This document shows positions 38,001-47,907 of a stretch of 64,000 nucleotides of DNA, piece by piece. The position numbers and the translations under genes are program-made. Source of the stretch: a virus (Duplodnaviria; Caudoviricetes); IMG/VR virus record IMGVR_UViG_3300026549_000039, positions 82,264 to 146,263 of that record; one strand, 5' to 3'. Under the pieces are notes generated by a model that searched no databases, was not told the origin of the DNA, and worked only from the letters and a program-made list of their open reading frames with translations. How positions within the stretch are numbered: the first letter of the stretch is position 1; every line of letters begins with the position of its first letter.

Positions 38001-41000
38001 TAAGGTACTTAGACACTTCAGCAGCTATCACTGAGTTATTGCTGAGAGTGTCCTTCATTTCCCTAATCATACCCATCTGGTCTGCTCCGAAGCCAAACGG
38101 GCTCTTTAACGTGTTCCATAAGGACGAGCGATCCTCGCCCTCAGCTTGGAACGCATTCCTTACTTCATTTATCTGATTATTTGCAATCAGATTTTGCGAC
38201 CTAGTAATTTGCTTCTCGATGTCCTTGATGCGGGCCGCAGCCTCTTCGCTGTTTATCAGGTGACGCTCTAGGTTAGTCTGGAACTGCTTGATCATCTCCT
38301 GGAAATTGATATTCATAGCCTTAAAGATGGTCTCCAGCATACTGTAAACTTGAGCCCTCTTATCAATGTCCACTTCGAGATAATCCATAAGCCACGTCGG
38401 ATAGTCTTGAACAGGATTAGATTTTATCCAATCTAACCCATTCTGATTTGCCTTAAGCGTGTACTCATCAAGGTAAGCTGCATACTGGTCTGCGGCTCTG
38501 TCGATAGCCTTGCGTGCCTCGGCTTGGTCCTTGCTACTAAACTTCGGAGAAAACTTAATAGCAATGTCAACCATAGCCTTCAAACCGGAAACGCTACTCA
38601 AACTCCTATAGGCAGAGTTAATATTTTGACCCAGCACGAACTCAAGGCTTTCCTGGTCCTTCTGATAAGCCTCCTGAGTCTTGCGAAGTTCCTCTAAGGA
38701 ACGTCTGGCATCATCCATACTAGCAGCAAGTTCTTTAGCTTTCATAGCAGCTTTGGTGGAACCTTCAGTCCAGCTCTTCCACCAACCTGTAGCTAGATTC
38801 CAAGCTGTGGTAACTATACCAATAATAGCTAAGACGTTTCCTAAAAATGTCACAACAGTCAGTACTGCCGACGTAACCCCCAGCAGTGCAGCTTTAGCTA
38901 CTGTACCAAAAGTTGCAGCCGCACCCGTCAATGCGTGCCAAGACTGACGTGCAGTGTTCAAAGCCGTAACCTGTTCCGTAGTCATCCTGCCTACAACAGG
39001 CTTGACACCATTAAGAACGTTTATGTAGTTCTTAGTACTTGTAATAGCTTCCTGAATCCTAGCACCCTGTAAACGGAACTGTTCAGCTAATCTAGGATCC
39101 AAGTTTATACGTTTAAGATTCCTCTCTACAACACTTGCTTCAGTATTCAGCCTCGCAAGAGCTTTGTTGGCTGCTTGCAGTTCGTCATGCAGACCACCAT
39201 TCTTCCACCATCCAGCATTCATATTGTATTGTGGGCTCAAAGCAATGGCTTGGGTCTGCGTCTGCTTTGCAGCCTGGGCTGCCATCGACGCTGTTACTCC
39301 CTCAATATACTTAGCTTCGGATGCAAATAGCTGGTTCACGTTAAGTAAACTTTGTGCCAACCGCTCATTAGCTACACTCATAGCGTTGGTTTGGGTAGCT
39401 AAAGCCGAAAGCGGATCCCCCCATGTATGAAGATTGGATATTCCACTAAGAATCCCATTGGGAGATGTTCTGATTACATTAACTCTGGACATAAGGTTGG
39501 TAAGCGACATAGCAATACGGCTGAATGCAGATGTGCCAGCCTGTGCAATGTCCCAAAACATCTTTATCAGACGGGATCCGAGGTAAAAATCTATAAGCCT
39601 ACCAAGATTCCTAACCCCGCGTTCCATATCTCCAAAGCCAATAGTTGTAAGCAGCGTACCTAAAGTAGACTTTAGAGTAGATGCCAGTACCCGGACTGTA
39701 TCAATCGTCTTCTCAATACCAGCAGAAAACACTTTGGTAACATCAGCTGTTAAGAACTCAGACTCAAATACAGCCTTGAGCCTAGCTTTCTGCATAACCA
39801 GCGTGTTAGACATGGTTTCGAGAGCACGCTCACGCTCGGCACGCAGGTCCTCGGTTTCTGCGCGTGCCATCCTTGCAAACCTATCATATGGGGCCTCTAG
39901 CTTCTCTACAGTCTGAAGAACCGAAGCGTTGATATCTTCAAACAGGCTAGAATACTCCTTAATTATGGAGTTGGCCTGAGACCTGCTTATCTTGAAATCA
40001 AACCATTCACGGACCTGCGTAGGCATATCAGGCATCGTCAGCTTGTTTTTGAGTTTGAACTGATCCTGCATACTAGCGGTCAGCTTCTCTAACCCAGCAC
40101 GTATTTTCTGTTGTACTTCATCAGCTGGTATGTCTACAGCTGTGGTTTCTGTACGTAATCTTATACCTGCTTTGATTGGATGCTTGTCCAATTTGGACTG
40201 CATAGATGCCTGGAATTTGGCTAGTATATCCGCAGCTTCTGAGGCAGTTACCTCTGCTTTGCTCTGTTTATCCAAGCGGGATAAACCAGCAAACATGGTA
40301 GACTGCATTCTGGTACCAGCAAAGGTCTGGCCAAACCTGCGTATCAACGCTGTGTTCCCAGAACTCATTACCTTGCGGTACGCCTCAAGAAGCTGCTCGA
40401 AAGCTGATGTAGCTCTGTAAGTACCATTCTCAAGAACCGTCATACTAATACCAAGCTCGCCGAGCATCTCTTGAGCCTTCTTAGTATTCTGAACCCTGGA
40501 AATTATGGTATTTAGAGCGGTACCAGCACGAGCTCCCCCAATCCCTATTTCAGTAAAAGCTGTAGCAGTCTGGACCATCTCATCCAGAGACATGTTTGCA
40601 ACCTTGCCAGCCGCAGCGAATCTGTTAAGGGCAGTGCTAATCTGGTCAAAACTGGTAGCTGCCCTAATATCATATTCAGCAATCAGCTTGAGGCCATCTA
40701 CAGCCTTTTCCACGCTTATATCCATCTGGTTCATAAGAGTGGTAGCAGACTTCATGGCACCCTGCATGTCCATAAATGAACCTGTAGACGTAGCCAGCAT
40801 AAGGCGTAGCTCTGCCAAGCTCTGGGTCAGATATCGTATCTCATTCTGACTCCTACCCTGCCTAGCAAACTCAACCATGACACCGGCAACATCTTCGATG
40901 GATGCTCCATACCTATATGCTAGAGCTATGGAATCATCCATCATCTGGTTGGTAGCCTTACCAATGTATGTCTGGCCTACAGACGCACCCATAATACGAC

Positions 41001-41583
41001 CATAAGAGGCTTGGATAGCATCCATACGCTCTACAACACCAGTGATTTGGCGTATATAGCGTAGTAAGGTATAAAGCCCAGCTGCGGTTGTTGTAAACTG
41101 TCGATCTAGGGATGTAAGAAAACCAGACTGGGCTGACTGATATGTACCCATACCGGCTACCAGGTCTCTAAGACCAGAGCGCAATGTTACCGTACCAGCA
41201 TTAGCCTCAGTAAATACTCTACTGGCTCCTGTACCAGTTTGCATCAAAGACGCAACAAGAGACTGTGCGCTGCGGTCTGCTTCACTAAAAGCACTCACAG
41301 CTTGTGTGCCAACTTTAGACAGCCTGGTGTTTAGTTCATCCACTTGTCGGCTAACATTATTCAATGTGGTTCCCAAGTGGCTAATAGAGCTGTTAATACT
41401 ATTCAATGTACCTTGCTGCGTACTGGCTATATGTTTAGCCATTTTGTCAGCTGTCGCGGATATCTTTTCAATACCGGCTACAAGTTTATCTGTAGACTTA
41501 GATATCTTATCTAAGGTTCCAGACATCTCATCCTTGCCACGTACTGCAAGTTCAGCTTCAATACGAGCCACGTTTTCCGCCAT
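35092..41583 (-). CDS. Tape measure protein (TP901-like), 2163 aa
   Basis: GGARAGTALNTIISR core, Ala-rich helices, central hydrophobic segment; follows the chaperone genes. Confidence 0.9.
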   Translation of the reverse strand: MAENVARIEAELAVRGKDEMSGTLDKISKSTDKLVAGIEKISATADKMAKHIASTQQGTLNSINSSISHLGTTLNNVSRQVDELNTRLSKVGTQAVSAFSEADRSAQSLVASLMQTGTGASRVFTEANAGTVTLRSGLRDLVAGMGTYQSAQSGFLTSLDRQFTTTAAGLYTLLRYIRQITGVVERMDAIQASYGRIMGASVGQTYIGKATNQMMDDSIALAYRYGASIEDVAGVMVEFARQGRSQNEIRYLTQSLAELRLMLATSTGSFMDMQGAMKSATTLMNQMDISVEKAVDGLKLIAEYDIRAATSFDQISTALNRFAAAGKVANMSLDEMVQTATAFTEIGIGGARAGTALNTIISRVQNTKKAQEMLGELGISMTVLENGTYRATSAFEQLLEAYRKVMSSGNTALIRRFGQTFAGTRMQSTMFAGLSRLDKQSKAEVTASEAADILAKFQASMQSKLDKHPIKAGIRLRTETTAVDIPADEVQQKIRAGLEKLTASMQDQFKLKNKLTMPDMPTQVREWFDFKISRSQANSIIKEYSSLFEDINASVLQTVEKLEAPYDRFARMARAETEDLRAERERALETMSNTLVMQKARLKAVFESEFLTADVTKVFSAGIEKTIDTVRVLASTLKSTLGTLLTTIGFGDMERGVRNLGRLIDFYLGSRLIKMFWDIAQAGTSAFSRIAMSLTNLMSRVNVIRTSPNGILSGISNLHTWGDPLSALATQTNAMSVANERLAQSLLNVNQLFASEAKYIEGVTASMAAQAAKQTQTQAIALSPQYNMNAGWWKNGGLHDELQAANKALARLNTEASVVERNLKRINLDPRLAEQFRLQGARIQEAITSTKNYINVLNGVKPVVGRMTTEQVTALNTARQSWHALTGAAATFGTVAKAALLGVTSAVLTVVTFLGNVLAIIGIVTTAWNLATGWWKSWTEGSTKAAMKAKELAASMDDARRSLEELRKTQEAYQKDQESLEFVLGQNINSAYRSLSSVSGLKAMVDIAIKFSPKFSSKDQAEARKAIDRAADQYAAYLDEYTLKANQNGLDWIKSNPVQDYPTWLMDYLEVDIDKRAQVYSMLETIFKAMNINFQEMIKQFQTNLERHLINSEEAAARIKDIEKQITRSQNLIANNQINEVRNAFQAEGEDRSSLWNTLKSPFGFGADQMGMIREMKDTLSNNSVIAAEVSKYLNGISIENATYKQLTDAWLAAISELSKSNASRAAEAAELLNQAAVRADANTRTVTATEQLAKSTKELAEKQENLKDSQAQVEAMTTVKATDVTESRIKSLESRLETMKRDNAENEERIADLQVEYNDAKADDNKEAAKEAHEKIIAAYEEEATRAQEQLDILHDMMDELVNTYFAQTIANLIQLDQESLALIMNMGDHWATIDEIMAEFGVSREEAIQMQEENQRRLTGIWDEIDKIAQEYQKAMTEAGDDAEKQARAKQAALKSINILCDVLNSMIRMLDETGRKAVNAIIKTLRENMIKGIESGAAAVAKEVAVATAAGTEAGQIIEKESKRAANALKNANRGNQAQRRDWERWSKPKGGGGRKRRGGGGGANKAEKDLLQQLASEHAERMSALEIAFRTIKDSEGNIIEYLDRTGTVDYMRAQIEEIKHYEQELAKVLSKLKDPKDIAKVKKDIEKAALQRVKLEWEIQLKLNAAKKQEVEHEIDLLKKRADMNVDLFGAERRNELLDQIYAKEKEIHDMKMSEAKGDPIKERAEQIAWENKLLSRQEQIVKNITSDLKKQIDLQNKSNPLEEYDRQFRQSNPQYFTAAHKHLEYGLNNIAGALESGTQKIQQNMESFTAKIAEQRRAIESNTELSDAGKKTALDQLKAQSIDGFKSVLASADKEIKEALDNFNMDRILPGQKIHDPILGKTFGTSFRDRKELLEKAKETIDQKIEEITQMFRDAGFSESEINSAELQEMIRSYGDKYAEYFKKELEALDKSRQMMMDEIKSALTSGWEEGFNIGIEHGFTEEGYKALLKNMKMTVAKSVSQGIQRLIADQMTQAITSFFNDTMDGVGSILGQSLGGILAPMISGLIGNVIGFLIGGLFSDWVNEMEEEQLKQQRDAINAQGFTWSYQDPSTATPYYEFSPPVSSESVKIVKFNSTFNITTDAALAMASHRRELERVVTELFTAWTREASKVIGARV

Positions 41584-41596
41584 AATCTATACCCCC

Positions 41597-42085
41597 TCAG
41601 CCAACGGGTTTGGGCTTTGTTGGATCGCTGGCCTGTTGTAGTAGCTTTGCCCGAGACTTCGCATAAGCGGCAAATGCCTCTTCATTCGTCTCATCATCAT
41701 TGTACAGGGTTTGTGTTTTCCCTCTTGGCTTACCAGACTTACTTGCAACTTGGCGCAGCCGCTTAGTCTTGTTTTGCCAGTCTTCATACCATTTTAACAG
41801 CTTACCTGGGTAGGGCATGACCTTTTCTGGAATTTCTGTTTTAGTGTTACCCTCTTCGTAACTGTCATGAATCATGATGCCATTTCGGACTACATCATAG
41901 AGCTGGCTAAGGCTAATCAGCTTTAGCTGGTCACTGGTCAGATCCGATATACTATCTTCACCAAAAACACTACGGTGACCAAATTCACGGTAGACCAGAT
42001 ACTCGCGTATCCACCTTGCATCATTGAGGACAACCTGCACAAGTATCTGGTCCAACACAGCTTCCTTAGCCCACTCTATTACCAT
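41597..42085 (-). CDS. Tail assembly chaperone, frameshifted (GT-type) extension
   Basis: In the -1 frame from the slippery site at 42109-42115 with no intervening stop. Confidence 0.7.
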   Translation of the reverse strand: MVIEWAKEAVLDQILVQVVLNDARWIREYLVYREFGHRSVFGEDSISDLTSDQLKLISLSQLYDVVRNGIMIHDSYEEGNTKTEIPEKVMPYPGKLLKWYEDWQNKTKRLRQVASKSGKPRGKTQTLYNDDETNEEAFAAYAKSRAKLLQQASDPTKPKPVG

Positions 42086-42090
42086 CCAGG

Positions 42091-42843
42091 CTACGAAGAG
42101 GGGGATTCTTTTGGGGACAGGTCCTCTTGTGTCGGGACAACGACTTCAAAAAGAAGCGGAAATCCGTTCCTGTACCGTGCAAACTCTTCGCGCATCCTAA
42201 GCAGGAAGGTGAGGTCGGTCTCGTTTGACAGGGAGTCTGGGTCAGGCCATACGAGTTTACCATCCTTATCATATGCAATCTGCGCCATAAGAAACATCTG
42301 GGTCTCTGCATCGGCAATAGCCTCAGCACAGTTAGACATAATCTGCGCCTCCATGGCCTCATTGTCAGCCATAGTATGAAGAAGTGCGAGCTCATCCTTG
42401 TCTAGCGTGCGAAGGTTCCTGTCCAAAGCCTTCATCAGCTCTGGAAGACTCTCCAAGATTTTATCAGCCTGCTCCTCATCCATCTCCTTAGACAGATGCT
42501 CGGCCAATTTTGCTTGGATATCATCCTTCCTTTTCTCATACTCCTCAACATTGACGCCGGTGTTCTTAAGCCTAAGAAGAAACTCCTGCCTGGCTTCGGC
42601 CCTTGTAGGGATGCCATTCTTGAGAAGGTTGGAATACAGAGCCGAATAGAATATGCGTGCATCAAGGTCATTCTGTTTGGTGGGCTTCTTGAGGATAACA
42701 ATCTTGTAGTCACCCTCGTCACCTTTAACGCTGAGAATGCGGTCTCCTGTACGCAATTCTCTAATAAACTCAGTCATCTGCTCCTGGCTAAGAATCTGCC
42801 GCTTCAATCCGCCATCCACCATAATTAAAATATCCCCTTTCAA
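42091..42843 (-). CDS. Tail assembly chaperone (G-type)
   Basis: Between tail tube and tape measure; slippery heptamer near the stop. Confidence 0.7.
   Translation of the reverse strand: MKGDILIMVDGGLKRQILSQEQMTEFIRELRTGDRILSVKGDEGDYKIVILKKPTKQNDLDARIFYSALYSNLLKNGIPTRAEARQEFLLRLKNTGVNVEEYEKRKDDIQAKLAEHLSKEMDEEQADKILESLPELMKALDRNLRTLDKDELALLHTMADNEAMEAQIMSNCAEAIADAETQMFLMAQIAYDKDGKLVWPDPDSLSNETDLTFLLRMREEFARYRNGFPLLFEVVVPTQEDLSPKESPSS
42109..42115 (-). other. -1 programmed frameshift site C CCA AAA
   Basis: X XXY YYZ in frame; the -1 frame reads PKRIPLFVAW into MVIEW. Confidence 0.75.
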
Positions 42844-42959
42844 GATACAAATTGAGGGAGAGCTGCTAGGTTATCAGCTCTCCCTCCTATTCTACACTAC
42901 TCCTACCATCTAACCAAGACAGCTACGCCGCCCAGCTATGCTGGTATGGAAGATTCAGG

Positions 42960-44255
42960 TTAGGAGATCGTAATCGTAAACTCCTTGGAGTGCATGGGCG
43001 TTGTGACACCATACTCATCCTGAAGGGCGGTGCCGTTGTAGTTGATGGTACCAAGGTATGTACCAGTGGTCGTCGGCGCTCCAGACACGTTCAGGTCGAT
43101 AACGTTCTTGGTAATAACAAGGTCGGTACCAACCGTAACATTGGCATCAATGGTATCAGGAGGACCAGACATCACCTGCACACCAGACGTATCAACAATG
43201 GTTACCGTGAAGTCATTACAGGCCGAGGTATCATTCAAGTAACCATAGCTGGGATCCGACGCACTAGAACCACTCTCAAACAGCTTGGACGCCAAATCGT
43301 GGGAGAACACGACACGGAGTTTACCATTGGCCCATGTGGTCATACCCGCCTCAATAGGCAGCAGCACCGTAGACATAACGGGTGCAGCCGTGACACCGGT
43401 CTGGGAGATCGGAGCATTACCATCAGCCAGCCACATTACCTTTACAATATGATCCCCACCAGACGGCAGAGGATCCCTCAGATGGACAACAGATACAGGG
43501 TTAGAGTAGGTAGTACCACTCGACCCAACAGTCGGAACAGCCGTGGTGATAACAGCGGCCTGATCCGGGTCGTCCAGAACGACGCCATCCACCCAAACCC
43601 TGAGCAGATACTGGAACGGGCACAGCTCATGCCTTCCGCGACCGGTAATCCTAAGTCCATCAGCAGCATCCCTCTTAGCCTCCTGTACAACAGGATCAAC
43701 CAGCGCCGGATACTGGAGGGTAAACTCGGTATCGCCATCCTTAGCCTGGTCTCCAATAAAGGTCTGGCATACAATCTGGTGGCCTTCAAAGTCGATCTTA
43801 CGAATAGCCGTGTAGGCAATATCTTTGGTCTGGATCTCATCAAGGTTGTCGGTCTCACTCACCGAAGGAGTAAAATCAACAAACCAAGAAGAGCGCATGA
43901 CCCGAGTCCTGGCTTTATCCCAAATGTTGCAGAAGACATCAACATGCTCCAAGCGGCTAGGATCGAAGATGAAGCTGGCACTCGGAGAGACACCAGTCAT
44001 AGCGCGGAGCACATAGGAAGCATTGTTGAACTCCTTGAGGTTGACAGTACCAGAGCTGTTCTGGTAGTCTCTGGTAATCAAAACATCGCTCTTATAGCCA
44101 AACTGACCATGAGAGACCTCATCTGCATTAGAAGAAACATCAATACTCTGTACGCCCTCAAAGAACACAGGCTCGTATTTCCTAGGCACAACCATGTAAA
44201 CTGCCTGGCGTCCGGGGTAAGAGTTATACTCAGTGTAAAGCTCACTGATAGCCAT
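42960..44255 (-). CDS. Major tail (tube) protein with C-terminal Ig-like extension
   Basis: Position, strong codon bias, downstream hairpin 42854-42886, beta-rich C-terminus. Confidence 0.65.
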   Translation of the reverse strand: MAISELYTEYNSYPGRQAVYMVVPRKYEPVFFEGVQSIDVSSNADEVSHGQFGYKSDVLITRDYQNSSGTVNLKEFNNASYVLRAMTGVSPSASFIFDPSRLEHVDVFCNIWDKARTRVMRSSWFVDFTPSVSETDNLDEIQTKDIAYTAIRKIDFEGHQIVCQTFIGDQAKDGDTEFTLQYPALVDPVVQEAKRDAADGLRITGRGRHELCPFQYLLRVWVDGVVLDDPDQAAVITTAVPTVGSSGTTYSNPVSVVHLRDPLPSGGDHIVKVMWLADGNAPISQTGVTAAPVMSTVLLPIEAGMTTWANGKLRVVFSHDLASKLFESGSSASDPSYGYLNDTSACNDFTVTIVDTSGVQVMSGPPDTIDANVTVGTDLVITKNVIDLNVSGAPTTTGTYLGTINYNGTALQDEYGVTTPMHSKEFTITIS

Positions 44256-44285
44256 ACCAAATCACCTCGTCTTGTGTTTTCTGGC

Positions 44286-44765
44286 CTACGTTACCTCGCG
44301 CAGCCAGAGATAATATATCCTTGCAAACAACCCATCTGGTACTACAGCAAAGCCACCAGATTGAGTATTCCATAGAACCCAGTTTGTGGCTGTACCATGG
44401 ATCAGGCCGGGATTTGTCAGCAGGAAGTCAAATAACCTTGATCCCATCTCCTCCCGTAGAGTTGGGTCTGCTGTTATCAATGTGACTCCTATCCTTGTAG
44501 TAGCATCGACCTTATGAGTACCAAACCAGGCCCGCTGTATAGAAATGATACCATAATCTGCAACCGAAAGGATAGCCCTAAGCCCCTTAGAGTAATCTTT
44601 CAATTCATCCAAGTAGCTTGTGGTAGGCCTGTCCCCTACATACCTTATCGGGTCTACACCGGCGACCAAACCAGAGGCCTGCTTAACAAAACCCCACATT
44701 TTGGTCTCATACCGTTTGAATATATCTATCAACTCAGGTACATGATTGTGCATCATAGCAGCCAC
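44286..44765 (-). CDS. Putative tail terminator
   Basis: Size and synteny. Confidence 0.45.
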   Translation of the reverse strand: MAAMMHNHVPELIDIFKRYETKMWGFVKQASGLVAGVDPIRYVGDRPTTSYLDELKDYSKGLRAILSVADYGIISIQRAWFGTHKVDATTRIGVTLITADPTLREEMGSRLFDFLLTNPGLIHGTATNWVLWNTQSGGFAVVPDGLFARIYYLWLREVT

Positions 44766-44781
44766 CTCCTAGCTGTCTAAG

Positions 44782-45468
44782 CTACCTTGCTGCGGCAGCA
44801 AGACGCGCTTGGGCTGCCATTTCAATCATCCTAAGATTCTGCGCTCTAAGCTGATCAGTCTGAGCCCTGATGCCACTAATCTGAGCAGACGCATGGAACC
44901 ATTCCCAAGCTGATCTAGCCTGGACTACTTCAATAAGTGCTTCTCGGACCAGCTTAATCATTTCAGATTCGTTCTGAAAGCGATCAAAATAGCGCTGACC
45001 ATACCCTGCTACATTTTCACCCGTATTGTACAACCTGACTCCTGCACCAGCCATCAGCGATGAATGCTCCTGACGTGTTGCTTCAGGATCCATACCTACC
45101 TGTATGACTGCGCGTACCGAACCAGCGTGACCTTTGCTACCGATAGGTCCTCGTATAGTATTGCCAGAAGACTGGTTCTCAATAGCGGATAACAATGATC
45201 CTGTAACAACGTGGATACGATCAGATGGTACACCATAGGGAACCATCTCAGCCTTCATTAGCTCTGCTGCATAGTCACCTAAAATGAATACAAACTGACC
45301 TAAAGCAGATTCAATCTTTTCGATAGTGCCTCTAACATAGTAGGCGATGACCTTCTCCTTCAGAGCACTAATAGCCTTCCCAAACATATCGGCACCATGA
45401 AACTCAGCACGATATGTTTGAGCACCAAGTGCTAAAGTTAGCCTACAGCTCTTATGGTATTCTGGCAT
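44782..45468 (-). CDS. Putative neck/tail-completion protein
   Basis: VVTGSLLSAI motif like the HK97 gp10 family; synteny. Confidence 0.45.
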   Translation of the reverse strand: MPEYHKSCRLTLALGAQTYRAEFHGADMFGKAISALKEKVIAYYVRGTIEKIESALGQFVFILGDYAAELMKAEMVPYGVPSDRIHVVTGSLLSAIENQSSGNTIRGPIGSKGHAGSVRAVIQVGMDPEATRQEHSSLMAGAGVRLYNTGENVAGYGQRYFDRFQNESEMIKLVREALIEVVQARSAWEWFHASAQISGIRAQTDQLRAQNLRMIEMAAQARLAAAAR

Positions 45469-45934
45469 CCTTGTTCACCTGCGTCATACCATAAATGGCT
45501 ACAGCTAGAGTATCACCATCTCCACCTATGTAGTAGGGCATCTCAACCTGAACCATAAAAGTCAGACCTGCTGGATTAGTCCAGCGGTTGAATTTGGTTG
45601 CACTCTGAGTGATACCAAGCCAAGGCCAGGTAATATCTAACCCAGGTACTGTTTGAGTAGCTTCGCTACCTTTGTAAGCGAAGTTAGGAATCGCCAGGCC
45701 CCAAATTGTCTCAACCTCAAAGTAGCCTTCTGAACCATCAGGAAGTAATCTACCTGTTTGGTGACAATCTGGAGCGTCAGGATGCTGTATATGCCAAACA
45801 GCGGAGTATTGGTGCCATGGATTATCTGTACAAGGGCATGGGATAGTGCTTTCAGGGACAGTATAAACCTGATTGTTACACCCAAGCTGCTGTAGAGCAT
45901 TATAAATTGGAGTGTAAATATCAATAGTTGCCAT
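45452..45934 (-). CDS. Putative head closure/neck protein
   Basis: PCPC...DCHQTG; synteny. Confidence 0.45.
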   Translation of the reverse strand: MATIDIYTPIYNALQQLGCNNQVYTVPESTIPCPCTDNPWHQYSAVWHIQHPDAPDCHQTGRLLPDGSEGYFEVETIWGLAIPNFAYKGSEATQTVPGLDITWPWLGITQSATKFNRWTNPAGLTFMVQVEMPYYIGGDGDTLAVAIYGMTQVNKDARIP

Positions 45935-46427
45935 AGTTACGCCTTATCCCATATCTAGGCCCACCTACATACGTAGGTCTCTTTAAGGTTCCAACAGCCT
46001 GCCAGGGTAGAACACCACCATATCCAGACAAGCGAAGATCCTGCAAAATAGACTCGCCACGGCTCTTTAGCTCATAGGATATACGCCGAAGATCAGACAT
46101 GCTCCTTGATCCATTCCAGCCACCGACTGTAATAGGACCAACCGTGATAGTGCTGCCGTTCGTCCCAGTGCTCATAACAGAGTTGACAGGCATTACCAGC
46201 AAGCAGTCTGCACCTATAAGGCAAGCTATCCCCTCTACTGCTCTACGTTTCTGATTTGGTGTGAGGTCGGCAAACTCAACAGAGGTAAACCAGTCCTCAA
46301 TGAGAAGGTCGCCAACCATCTTCATGCGCTCCTCAATAAAAGAGTCGTGCTCTGTATTATCCGATGTCAGACCCATAACCCTTTTAATGTCACCTACAGT
46401 TAATCCGATGGCAGCTATACTATCCAT
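45921..46427 (-). CDS. Putative head-tail adaptor
   Basis: TVGDIKRVMGL N-terminus, size, synteny. Confidence 0.5.
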   Translation of the reverse strand: MDSIAAIGLTVGDIKRVMGLTSDNTEHDSFIEERMKMVGDLLIEDWFTSVEFADLTPNQKRRAVEGIACLIGADCLLVMPVNSVMSTGTNGSTITVGPITVGGWNGSRSMSDLRRISYELKSRGESILQDLRLSGYGGVLPWQAVGTLKRPTYVGGPRYGIRRNYGNY

Positions 46428-46460
46428 ACCTCACACCCTCCCTTCTGTACCGTATATAGG

Positions 46461-46808
46461 TTACTTACTAACCCTGGATGCACCCCTGCGCACAGGAGCC
46501 CTGGGTGTGGTGGTGGAATCGGAACTCTGGGTAGCTTCCGCCTCAGCCATCGAAGTATCTTCCCCCAAAACTGGAGCAACATACTCACCCTCCTCACGAA
46601 GCTGCTGCCGAGTGCTGTTTACAACTTCATCACCGGGAGTCTCATCAGGCACGTCCTTGAACTTTACAGTAAAGTTAGGGTGACCTTTCAGCCACTCAAT
46701 AACTCCAGGATCCTCGACAATCTGAGGCCTACCCTTAAAGAACGCATGGGAGTGAACGGTTAAAGTATTCCCGGTATGAAGTGTAGCAATACAAACTCTC
46801 TTACTCAT
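46461..46808 (-). CDS. Small protein downstream of the capsid gene
   Basis: RBS and synteny. Confidence 0.55.
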   Translation of the reverse strand: MSKRVCIATLHTGNTLTVHSHAFFKGRPQIVEDPGVIEWLKGHPNFTVKFKDVPDETPGDEVVNSTRQQLREEGEYVAPVLGEDTSMAEAEATQSSDSTTTPRAPVRRGASRVSK

Positions 46809-46874
46809 AAAAGTGTTCCCCTTTCAAGATTTGAGAAGGGCTGGGTCCGTTATGGCCCAGCCCTGTTTGATTTC

Positions 46875-47876
46875 CTAGCGCGGCCACCGCTTAAGATCGT
46901 AGATCATACCAATCGCATCCGGCTCCTCCAGACCCAGTGCAATCCTCATGCTAAACACAAAGATGATCTTCTGGTTCTGGATGTTCCTCATGCTTTCGAG
47001 CGTCATACGACGATAGGTACCCAGCACGATCTGCTTGGGATCCATAAGGAGCAGGTAGGTATTACCGTTGGTATCCAGCGGCATGAACGGGGTGGTGTAG
47101 ATCTCACGTCCAAGAGCCCTAGCAGTCTTCAGATCAAAGATGTAGTCGTCGCCAACGTTGGTCGGGCGGCTGGTTCGGGTCTCCCTCCACGCCAGATCGA
47201 CATCACGATGCGTGATATAGATGTAGCCCGGCTGGGTCGCATTATACTTTTCAGGAATAGCCCGTTCCAGATCATACCACAGAGGAACAGACATAGTACT
47301 ACCGGCTGCGGACACCAGGTGAGCACCAGTCAGACCAAGACTGGGCCTACCAGCAGGAGCCTGGGTGAAAGCCCTCTTGATAATGCCATCCTCCATGCAG
47401 AGGAAGTCATTAGTCGCGGGAGAGATACTCTTGTCACCCTGGAGAATCAGCATCTCAAGGTTAGCAGGAATCTTCTTCCTGATCTCACTCAGGACATAGT
47501 TCACCAGCGTACCCTTCATAATGTTATCCTCAAGCAGCTCGTAGGTGAACTGAACTTCAGCCATAACCTTAAAGCTGTTCAGGTAGAGCATTCCGGTCTC
47601 GAACTTAACGTACTGCGGAGGCAGCATAGCCGTAAGCTCGTTGGCTCCATGAAGGATCTGGTCCTGAATACCAAAGCGTGGCACCTCCAGCGCGTAGCTA
47701 TCCATATTGATCCTGCGGATCTTCTGAATCAGCGTAGGCTGGTCATCAACGTATTTCCAGAACTGCTCATAGCGGTAGGGCTGAAGATGACCTCCGGGCA
47801 GCACATCGGCTACCACGTTCTCAGCCCGCTGCATCAAGTCGTATACACGGTCATTATCATTGTAAAGTCCCGGCAT
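46875..47876 (-). CDS. Major capsid protein (HK97 fold)
   Basis: GGHLQP..YEQFW, TYELLEDNI, LILQGD, LLMDPKQIVLG; downstream hairpin. Confidence 0.88.
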   Translation of the reverse strand: MPGLYNDNDRVYDLMQRAENVVADVLPGGHLQPYRYEQFWKYVDDQPTLIQKIRRINMDSYALEVPRFGIQDQILHGANELTAMLPPQYVKFETGMLYLNSFKVMAEVQFTYELLEDNIMKGTLVNYVLSEIRKKIPANLEMLILQGDKSISPATNDFLCMEDGIIKRAFTQAPAGRPSLGLTGAHLVSAAGSTMSVPLWYDLERAIPEKYNATQPGYIYITHRDVDLAWRETRTSRPTNVGDDYIFDLKTARALGREIYTTPFMPLDTNGNTYLLLMDPKQIVLGTYRRMTLESMRNIQNQKIIFVFSMRIALGLEEPDAIGMIYDLKRWPR

Positions 47877-47907
47877 AGTTAATCACCTCATCTTCATTGT
47901 ATAGCAC

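Noticed and set aside
42066-42395. 109-aa alternative-frame ORF as the frameshift product
   Set aside because: It is in the third frame and stops at 42066; the -1 frame leads into 41597-42085
42990-44375. 461-aa + strand ORF
   Set aside because: Antisense shadow of the codon-biased tail tube gene; no recognisable motifs
46776-47882. 368-aa + strand ORF
   Set aside because: Antisense shadow of the major capsid gene
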